Origin: Candidatus Omnitrophota bacterium
GTDB lineage: Bacteria > Omnitrophota > Gorgyraeia > Zapsychrales > Zapsychraceae
Reading direction: 5' to 3'
DNA: 64,000 bases
Assembly: GCA_028280285.1 (NCBI GenBank)
Contig: JANQMA010000013.1
Location: forward strand, 5,355-69,354
Within the stretch, counting starts at the first letter, position 1; each line of letters begins with the position of its first letter. Positions 38,301 through 44,107 of this stretch are shown piece after piece. The notes under the pieces are model-generated. The model worked only from the letters and a program-made list of their open reading frames with translations, made no database searches and was not told the origin of the DNA. The position numbers and the translations under genes are program-made.

Positions 38301-40049
38301 CGTCAGATCTGATACCGATTCGTCACGCGCAATCATTGGATGAAAAGCATCCATCGCCGACTGAAAATATTCCGTTTGCTCCTCTGTAAAGTCATCATAA
38401 GTTAGATTATTGTATAAAGTAATCGACTTTTGTCTTTTCTCAAGAAGCTCCGCATAAATATCAACTTCTTCATATTGAGGTGGATTGGTAATAGCCTTAT
38501 GCGGGTAAGCTATAAAAGAAAGCGCACCCCAAGCACTAGCTAGCGCAACTAACACACTTCCGACAAGATAAGCAGGTGTTAATGCAAATCGTTTTACCTT
38601 TCTTGGCCTATCTACAACCGCATTATCAACTTCGTTTTTTTCTTCAGGCGCCGTAACTTCAATAACTTCCTGTATCGGCTCAACATCTAGATCAGCCTTT
38701 TTGATTTCCTGAAATTTTTCTTCAGCAGTTTTATTCTCAGGTGCATCGTTACTTTGCCAACTCATACGCACCTGTGTATTAATATCCAGCGATGCTGTTC
38801 CTTTTTTGCCCCCATTATCTTTTGTCACCTCAACCAGGCGGGTGTTGACGCGCGAAACATTTTCATCGCTTTGGGCAAAGCTAAATTTTTGCCCCCAATT
38901 CAAATTATCAAAATCCGTTTCAATCCGGACATTGGTATCCCCAAACGCAGGATTGGCCAGCGCCTGCAAATCAAGCCCGCCAGAGAAGTATTTCCGTGCC
39001 ACAATTTCCTGTTTTTGCGGATTGTACTCTTCCCTGATCAAATCAAAGACGCCTTGCTTAAACCCTTCAAGGTAGTGATCATAAATCTTCCGGCTGATTT
39101 GCTTGTCTTCTGTATCAACGCCTTCTGTTTTGCCGCGATCCACATAAAGCTGACTTAATAAACTCGTCTTAAGCTTTTTCTTATACCAGCCGGCAAGGAC
39201 CAAAGAATGAACAATCTGTCTTAATGACGCGAATGCCTCGCCATGGTTGATCTCATGCTCAATTTCCGGAATAATCACTGCGCGGACAATATCAGAAATG
39301 TTGGATGCCGCCGGCTCATCGCTAAGCCGGGCATGATTGGTATTTTTATCCGAGACCACATAATCTTCTTCCAGCATGGCCTTAAGCGTGCATTCAACCA
39401 CATAGGCGCTTGTGCCGTCCTCATAGATCGTTGCTTTATCGGGGACAATCCACACCTTATTAAAGGCATTGACCGGCATATTTTGATCACCGTATTGAGC
39501 GTGAATGCGTTCGTTGATACGCTCCCAAAGTTTGGCGCCAATCGAATCGGTTGTGTCATCCGGATACATCAAAGAGGCTGTCATCTGCTTAAGGACATAA
39601 TCCTGAGCCAGCACATCGCGCCCCATCAATGTATCGCCAAAAGAATCGGCAATGATGCGATCAGGCTCATCGGGCGAAAGGTTGACCCATAACTCGTTTT
39701 CGGGAATGGTTAGTGAGGCAAGAAAGTATTTGATTAACTTTTTGGCTTCGGCTTGAAAGCCTTGATCATTATTAAAATTAGTATCTCCATGATCAATAAT
39801 AAAATCAAGCTCCAAAGGATTTTCCGGATGGACGATCACGCCACGCATGAACATCGGTGTCATCGGGGCAGACTGAGTCATCATTTCCCCGACAGGAGGC
39901 AGTTTTAACACATGCGCTGGTTGTGGAACAGGAAGGCTTTGGGCCTGGGCATACTCAGGGCCAATAATTGACTGCACACCAAAGGTAAGCAGCAAAATAT
40001 AAACAATCCCCTTAAAAGAAATACTTTTTTTGTGATTTTGGAATAACAT
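29364..40049 (-). CDS. Giant (3561 aa) signal-peptide-bearing, multi-pass membrane alpha-solenoid protein; shares N-terminal module and C-terminal tail with the downstream giant ORF
   Basis: Signal peptide MLFQNHKKSISFKGIVYILLLTFGVQSIIG. At least 5 hydrophobic transmembrane-like helices are scattered through the protein (e.g. LVGSVLVALASAWGALSFIAY, TVSVVIGALIVLFLGAFYV, MIGVGIAVAILIAYFSIIGLY, TMITVLLLSGVLVWGY). It carries HEAT/PBS-type repeats (DSDPLVRERAAQAY) and is predominantly helical. No catalytic motif recognised. Confidence 0.7.
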   Translation of the reverse strand: MLFQNHKKSISFKGIVYILLLTFGVQSIIGPEYAQAQSLPVPQPAHVLKLPPVGEMMTQSAPMTPMFMRGVIVHPENPLELDFIIDHGDTNFNNDQGFQAEAKKLIKYFLASLTIPENELWVNLSPDEPDRIIADSFGDTLMGRDVLAQDYVLKQMTASLMYPDDTTDSIGAKLWERINERIHAQYGDQNMPVNAFNKVWIVPDKATIYEDGTSAYVVECTLKAMLEEDYVVSDKNTNHARLSDEPAASNISDIVRAVIIPEIEHEINHGEAFASLRQIVHSLVLAGWYKKKLKTSLLSQLYVDRGKTEGVDTEDKQISRKIYDHYLEGFKQGVFDLIREEYNPQKQEIVARKYFSGGLDLQALANPAFGDTNVRIETDFDNLNWGQKFSFAQSDENVSRVNTRLVEVTKDNGGKKGTASLDINTQVRMSWQSNDAPENKTAEEKFQEIKKADLDVEPIQEVIEVTAPEEKNEVDNAVVDRPRKVKRFALTPAYLVGSVLVALASAWGALSFIAYPHKAITNPPQYEEVDIYAELLEKRQKSITLYNNLTYDDFTEEQTEYFQSAMDAFHPMIARDESVSDLTDPVVKNVISNLAFRQEYARGVDPKALQKTVELLRRPSNDLRKAVKDEMWVFSDKLLKNKPDNGLSDEERLENFKRLTRQRIAAEEQNIKNQSRTAALRDGFVYKAISSMYWFENSYGRWMSNNTDVFFFKIIKTLKEDIRAGTVSVVIGALIVLFLGAFYVRSRPVVEEKSWLYRFVYGASIRLTLANATLMTAFIVLGTPSLGEFLVPQDSRDLSFEEKTGRYKARLPHELVENLIIEGAADNLSMSGYLINLVNVLQKNQTLDKQKEGVEAVGVQLKSIVVPALMPLMEYLAAQNMILDTELNDIFTNLTRWESTAEELQQYEQQTGKSAVDLETDTELRDFLNGLVYEILTDYYGSLTYEERKAVALLALRMRVNSMDIQRFVDVIPQAIEGDVEDKARYFEELAIWQKVKNQFAFHETFYKEKGFTEGHYNGIADGSKTLLVIPANAVQYTAEVFNRFGIERIEYIYPQRATTLAQLQVFKKKNQISSQDTVSGQLLRMMESEKTIFMIVTGGATEIQGIIDQIDFDKKQKGQANTESEAQSKKTDQDITIATIVEVPERSQQLQLVNILRDIDESLHEKPPTKDNAMLSALATLWQWPGRQWKRFRDWRSKVKTNKKFNKINERNEGDRSWDLTLDSIQRITMIGVGIAVAILIAYFSIIGLYRVPLPVAAQDSLSGILRFYRQSDVKRDVLDRRNTFAFYVLEAIKQLGDKTLFTLVLEFTLHESPRVRREAFKTNYVLAEKAPRTDNEDLNDYLWMAKEYYFKNTDVKKEDMHAAYLKAYIRLPVEERKALTRLHMHIQPMGLTPMIEDVTTLLHSLEANSEQRIKEFYADILAIAKSEPEQFKTDGELLAFVSVYPDASGDPVFQSWLKAKAYNEEVFKNTVPTMITVLLLSGVLVWGYRKSFSGAAKRKFIEKIEANYPKKLPKKIIENIVKAKDKKSRWLLSLLKTIKKLQDQKILVNRYFNRKKTKEDNLVANIRSRRDRSARVGVRRTELREPVLSEQRDAEVERILRSIRGLFKKKDQDNDKLIREKFDELIDKRSEELWSVVDRKIDNKTSRVETVYQYFADYFTQTPGKYKNYHESFRQSKSPQISNLNWLVPIYRKYLLPNGTIAFFDFEKMIYTLMAARALVNVGTEEAGRLLLEVFDIESPDSLKKEDFEDVEESDLKKVRHMQEVASKIPFEKMGLANFRLDKGKTRVFLSELAGDDFYYIYENLIIYMFQKLTEDVFIKLPEQGEDKGDYKYNKKELESRANELIGASDAAAITGLLKSAKSGAVAAKLAVATAVAGGSALEAAPRDLEIYQQREEITDVDSLIAQDNIEEYLRTKNDSKTLKELIELDRLFQEAYKANPDAAREKGRQAAIVMVNAMRDRPQSAEYADAWLERYTELFPKNDLDESIVRGLIDLLGGTNETIKRIVSKWLERSRTKNTSRLLIETIEKSNSPFAVAQALRISGLRSESFLFIKGKRAANFEGIERFLLNNRADNDIEVEAAFDALLFMSNDSYWIYDRDRKTLSRYATVATLSDRAHERLRFELNLRGADLDRESFIFSGRDFTIDITRPIAAPGLPSNPWVRVEGEYELELDNLNYGLAVSTARLLARPVRKPARELLARIATLHEKVQYRIEAVTRLAYVRGAVAKQALIDAMWDSDPLVRERAAQAYRLHTENDWRLSQKALVKKHREYNPTLSMRVLRGTTSIIENAIYQLAQARAKGLQDKESLLYLNSFGLALDRMEDQTYYSALFNAGAEHLLASYISTEFIDPRSVGFKLFYDIVFSELGVNKRKLLEARKRIRSLDARSFNQFMASMMAEPPHADMTERQKQRRIVMLLSYTQNNDPVTRDIARGGLKRYGYQPKGITFADIASGELSNVAHHFSQLGAMGDVDALNVLADVFFGSGAKDIEYGKQRETVLTYIRIARYGTAQMQAIQALGQVRRKLNQEPPTRETNSLKDLIDREFKKMGQDAFDKPARDAIYDAFQYNLAPVEFEGTLKDVSVEGRTIDLINWIANKIDVEAIERGVIKASQTKGPEATPQQIRYIRALSQMAKTAKDQRQDIYSYIIDLLERYERLGEQALNNANVDVRRELRKQLAVLNPESLINLYPTPLAGEELLNIERELRISADLWNTIVRDEDRKETIARNFLNADDKEVSFDRMVNDAFKSGVLSDDLVGATHKDFPSFVREEVFGLLGAMEGNPAKEVLSRRTADDTDPRADIPAAILMEKAWLADNTQEERDMLEAVHKGTEHENVEVRTKMFDLILGYAQKIVREIDDLENDSDARISGEAVVNRKAALYQKLRIWNDIFFPNVGQAVEYEEEGNQDIRYKATLGMTHFERGGGVRRRDTIRQDGNVGKEGANVNRDRPHRQRIDRIRDLNELILLHVRSIDDIAQMINHPNYQLRMLGVELIKQRKDYRFDVLPDGVNIIDTNLLNSLDSETNPEIFREKIELLVKRDVDANELLDYLFKRTESPNDLVAVSAFEALIYMLNPEERDRESKSYVEPNDPRILHAFIKPFINQAPKIVKQAAILGPRYMDFSNPPVRIDLFLDNEIKRDLRLLLTRTSGYSEHIEVNGITYVPEVEFAAAFAPYDFSKPGQPIPDFENYQATVDDIFLRLGIEAEGDPRELLKSADPLDRRMGATMLQEQADSDLPNFDYEHGFAALIEAAKAENLSDNKNVWVERDIYQALKSFKVTWKDLYEKLTLEEFREFVSSMLQVMKTNTDDRKTIILDAYSKEQIKIKSRPYYEPWVASWWLDLTDDFKRREALLEKDGIDIINQVFGDVESLLNIVDTNSQDPNITFQQSTEEQTIYIPLNAQLAALRREARLEQMAAQAAEEYGQEAADEAAMQKQEDDLGGINLNPDLFEWQIKRDGKGVPLPLPQQPADIYLDLKGFIPVIQNITPVNLPQLLGLNTQDFKQTPIRTTKDEVYDEEAIYELLGYRSEEYEANHKINLATRESEISDGYAGLTDF

Positions 40050-40227
40050 GCTTAAACCCAGCCCCCAGAAAGTCCTTTACTACTATTTATAATATATATA
40101 AGTAAGATGATAATTGTGTGAAAGTAGTGTGACTTTCGTGTGAAAAAACACACTTTTACCCGAGACTTACCAGGACAAGCCAGGACACATATGGACAAAT
40201 AATACGACTCTGAAAGGTTTTAGGTTA

Positions 40228-40272
40228 TGGGTTTTAGGTTTCAGCCTCCTAACACCCAACACCTAAAACCTT
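40228..40272. repeat. 10-bp perfect inverted repeat GGTTTTAGGT...ACCTAAAACC immediately 3' of surface protein A
   Basis: Stem GGTTTTAGGT (40228-37) / ACCTAAAACC (40263-72); TAGG/CCTA-rich. Confidence 0.4.
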
Positions 40273-43200
40273 AAGGATTAGGATGGGTTATATGACCTTC
40301 TTGATCGACCAAATATATTTGGCCATAGTAGTAAATCTTCCACGCCGGATAAAAGAAGCTCCCCTCGATATAAACCAACTCCAGCTCAGCCCCTTGCATC
40401 ATTGTACGAATAAATTCTCTTCGTTCTTTGCGCGTTAAATCTTTTTGCAATAACTTTGATAAAAGACGCAGTGCTTTGCGTTTATTAACCGGCAAATATT
40501 TAATCGGTTCGCGAACCCAGGTGACTTCACGAAAAGCACCACTATCGGCATCAACAATGGCGATGACAACTGTTCTTTTCTTTAATGTTTTTCTTAGCTT
40601 TTTAAATATTTGTTTTTTCTCTTTGCGTTCTTCTCCGCTACGCAGCTTTACACTATCAGAATCATCATCTTTAAATTCGGTCACTGTTCGTGTCATACGC
40701 TCCTTCAACTTATCTTCATCCAACGGCTTATCAAACGCAACCAGATAGTAATCGCCTTTTTCCGACGAGACATAAAGCGGCTTGCGCGCAATAGTGTTTT
40801 TAAATATTTGCGCAAAGTCTTCGTCGTATGGAACCAATTGCTCTTCAATGCCATCCACGGCCGCTTGAATAATAACAAATGCATCTTCATCAATGTGATC
40901 ACGCACATAAACATTTTTTTCTGAACCATTTTCGAGCTCAATTGTTTTAAGTTGTAGGAAATTTTCAATGCGCTTTTTAAAACGAGGTTTGGCTTTAACA
41001 ACCCGCGCTTTATTTTCTGTTTTGGGCGGCTCAACAACCGCAACAAATTTGTTGAAATTTTGTTCTGTTGGATCAATTTTAGTCAACGGCAAATAATAAT
41101 TTTGGACAAACTGCTCGGCCGTTACAAATGTATTTTCACCAATACCTGACGGGGCTGGATCATTGATCCAAAAGCCGTGAATACCATAATCCTCGGCGGT
41201 AAAAGGGTCGTCCGTAGCCCGAACCCCTTTGACAACAACCCAGTTATTATAGTCCCCGCCAAACGGCACAGCTGCCGGAATATACACCGGATGACCGTCA
41301 ACACCCGATCCAAACGGATTGTCGCTCCCGCCACCAGCGGGATAAGACACCCATTTAGCAATTTCATTAAGTGCTTCTTCTTGAGTTGCAAGTGACTTCA
41401 TGCCGAAGTTGTAATGATAAGGAACAAAATCCGGATCGAGATTCTGAATCACTTTCCAAAGCCCGCGCATATCAAGGGCATTTAAATCGTCATTTACGCC
41501 GTAGTTAAACGGCTCGCCGAATTGAAATAATAGCTCCTGATTGCTGAGCTGCTCATCAAACAATTCCGGCGGACCATCTGGATGGTCGAACCGGTTCCAC
41601 CACATATATTGAATCAACATCTTGGCCACCGCCGGACCGCTGAATTTTTCAACCGGATCAGTACCGTTATCAAGCGACCGGACATACGGAAACTTATCGG
41701 CATTAAGAACAAAGTCTTCTGACTCAACCTCAATGAAAAAACTTTGTGTATCCGTGCCGCCATTGCCGTCATCGGCAGTGATAGTTAATTCGTACTTGCC
41801 GATATCTTCTTCCTTAGGCGTCCATTCAAAAAGACCGGTTGTGCCGTCAAAAGACGCATCGCCTGGCAGATTATTGAGCGCAAGAGCTACACTATCGCCA
41901 TCTTCATCGAAAACGCTGATAGTAAAACTCAAGGTTTGACCGACTTTAATTGTTTGATCACCAGGCCCATCGATCACAGGCGGCGCATTAACAACGATAT
42001 TTTTAACCGTTAAGGTAATTGTCTCAAAATCTTCTAATTCTCCGTCGCTGACAGTAAAAGTGATTTGATATGTGCTGTCTTCATCGAGCTCCGGGGCATT
42101 GGCAATAAATGTGTTATCAACAAAGCTCATCCAAGACTCAAGACCTTGGGCTGAAAAGATTAAAGTATCTCCATCAGGATCAGAACCACTAAGTGTAAAA
42201 TTAAGTGAAGCACCTTCATTAACGTTCTTATCACCAATTGAATCGAGCATTGGCGCTCGGTTAACATTACCTACACTGATTGTAATTGTTTCACTATCAG
42301 TGAGAGACCCATCGCTCGCTGTAAACGTAACACTATAATTACCTTCATCGCCAACGTCAGGATTCGCCGCAAAAGAAGTACCATCAAAGCTCATCCAATC
42401 TTCAAGGGCATTTGTTGAAATACTAACCCCATCGCCATCCGGGTCAGAGGTCGTTACATTAAAACTCAAATTACCGCCCTCTTCGACACTTTTATTGCCA
42501 ATCGTATCCAATACCGGCGCACGGTTTGTATTATTCACCGTTATGACAATAGTCTCTGCATCTGTGCCGCCGTTACCATCATCCGCTGTAAACGTAACAT
42601 TGTAGCTACCCGCATCATTAAAACCAGGGGTAGCCGAAAAGCTAGAACCATCAAAACTCATCCATGATACAAGACCTGAAGCTTCAATGATCACATCATC
42701 CCCATCCAGATCCGTTGCATTAACAGTGAAGTTTAATACTTCCGATTCATTAACAGACCTATTACCAATCGCACCTAAGACAGGCGGTGTATTACTAAAC
42801 TTATCAGTGACAGTAATTGTGATCGTTTCTGAATCTGTTCCGTCACGCCCATCATCCACCGTAAAGGTTACATCATATGCACCGGATTGCGTGGTCGTTG
42901 GTGTCCAGGTAAAGATGCGCGTGGCCGTATCAAAAATTGCACCGACGGGAAGATTGGTTGCCGAAAAAGAAAGCGGGTCGCTGTCAGCGTCTGACCCCGA
43001 AACAGTGAACCTAAGAAGCCCTTCTTCCTCAACCGTCTTATCTCCGATTGAGTTTAGTACCGGCTGAGTGTTAGCTTTTGCTGTAACCGTTATAGTAATT
43101 GTCTCTGAGTCCGTGCCGCCGCCACCGTCGCTGACATTAAATGTCACTTGATGTGTGCCGACCTGGGATGCAAGCGGCGTCCAGAAAAATGTATTGGTGG

Positions 43201-44107
43201 TTGTATTAAAGCTGGCGCCGATCGGCAGACTCGGTGAAGAAAATGATAAAGGATCACTATCAGGGTCTGTGGCCGTCACAGTAAAACTTAGATTACTTTC
43301 TGCCTCAACATTTTTATTTCCTATAGCATCCATTTGCGGTGGATTGTTGGGCTTGTCATTGACCGTAATGGTAATTGTTTCTGAGTCTGTGCCACCGCGG
43401 CCATCACTTACTTTAAATAGAACTTGATAGATGCCGGATTGATTGTCAGTCGGAGTCCAAGAAAACATCCTGCTATTTGCATCAAAAACAGCGCCTATTG
43501 GCAAAAACTCGGCTGAAAAAGTTAACGGATCATTATTAGGATCATTCGCACTAACCGTAAACGCCAACTCGCTTTCTTCATCAATCTCTTTATTCCCGAT
43601 GGAATCAAGAATAGGGCTCGCATTACCACCGCCACCGCCGGCAACCGTCACAGAACCATTTACTATGTTTTCAACACTGGCCGTTGCTGACTGATCACTT
43701 AAATCAAATTGAAGAAGATTAATAGGGGTTGTGCCCGTGGGTGCTGTATTTTTGATTTTAAATGTAAAAACCAATGCCTCGCCAGATACATCCGACACGG
43801 CGGAAAAGCTGAATTGCGTTACAATAACTTCTCCTTCTTCAGGAGAATGAGAATTACTGGCAAAGTCAGGAAACGTGGAACCATTCTCAACAGAAACAAA
43901 CTCCAAAACATCTTTATCCCAAGACAACTTGGTATCTATCCCGATGACATCAAGGTCATTATCCGAAAATTGAAGAGTTATGGTAATCTCATCACCCGGC
44001 ATACCGGACGCACTCGAAAGCTCTCCATCATAAGCAAAGGCATTAGCCGTCAAGGCAATGAAAAATAAACTAAGGAAAAGTATTTTTTTCACGAAAGCTC
44101 TATTCAC
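40271..44107 (-). CDS. Giant surface protein A (1278 aa): signal peptide, cohesin-like domain, 7 He_PIG (Ig-like) repeats, conserved C-terminal domain
   Basis: Signal peptide MNRAFVKKILFLSLFFIALTANAFA; cohesin-like YDGELSSASGMPGDEITITLQFSD...ALVFTFKIKN...NGSVTV. Repeats of the form P.LD.IGNK.V.E...L.FTVSA.DPD.DPL.FSA..LP.GA.FD..T..F.WTP...Q.G...V.F.VSDG.GGTDSETITITV. It overlaps the next gene (B) by 8 nt. Confidence 0.75.
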   Translation of the reverse strand: MNRAFVKKILFLSLFFIALTANAFAYDGELSSASGMPGDEITITLQFSDNDLDVIGIDTKLSWDKDVLEFVSVENGSTFPDFASNSHSPEEGEVIVTQFSFSAVSDVSGEALVFTFKIKNTAPTGTTPINLLQFDLSDQSATASVENIVNGSVTVAGGGGGNASPILDSIGNKEIDEESELAFTVSANDPNNDPLTFSAEFLPIGAVFDANSRMFSWTPTDNQSGIYQVLFKVSDGRGGTDSETITITVNDKPNNPPQMDAIGNKNVEAESNLSFTVTATDPDSDPLSFSSPSLPIGASFNTTTNTFFWTPLASQVGTHQVTFNVSDGGGGTDSETITITVTAKANTQPVLNSIGDKTVEEEGLLRFTVSGSDADSDPLSFSATNLPVGAIFDTATRIFTWTPTTTQSGAYDVTFTVDDGRDGTDSETITITVTDKFSNTPPVLGAIGNRSVNESEVLNFTVNATDLDGDDVIIEASGLVSWMSFDGSSFSATPGFNDAGSYNVTFTADDGNGGTDAETIVITVNNTNRAPVLDTIGNKSVEEGGNLSFNVTTSDPDGDGVSISTNALEDWMSFDGTSFAANPDVGDEGNYSVTFTASDGSLTDSETITISVGNVNRAPMLDSIGDKNVNEGASLNFTLSGSDPDGDTLIFSAQGLESWMSFVDNTFIANAPELDEDSTYQITFTVSDGELEDFETITLTVKNIVVNAPPVIDGPGDQTIKVGQTLSFTISVFDEDGDSVALALNNLPGDASFDGTTGLFEWTPKEEDIGKYELTITADDGNGGTDTQSFFIEVESEDFVLNADKFPYVRSLDNGTDPVEKFSGPAVAKMLIQYMWWNRFDHPDGPPELFDEQLSNQELLFQFGEPFNYGVNDDLNALDMRGLWKVIQNLDPDFVPYHYNFGMKSLATQEEALNEIAKWVSYPAGGGSDNPFGSGVDGHPVYIPAAVPFGGDYNNWVVVKGVRATDDPFTAEDYGIHGFWINDPAPSGIGENTFVTAEQFVQNYYLPLTKIDPTEQNFNKFVAVVEPPKTENKARVVKAKPRFKKRIENFLQLKTIELENGSEKNVYVRDHIDEDAFVIIQAAVDGIEEQLVPYDEDFAQIFKNTIARKPLYVSSEKGDYYLVAFDKPLDEDKLKERMTRTVTEFKDDDSDSVKLRSGEERKEKKQIFKKLRKTLKKRTVVIAIVDADSGAFREVTWVREPIKYLPVNKRKALRLLSKLLQKDLTRKERREFIRTMMQGAELELVYIEGSFFYPAWKIYYYGQIYLVDQEGHITHPNP

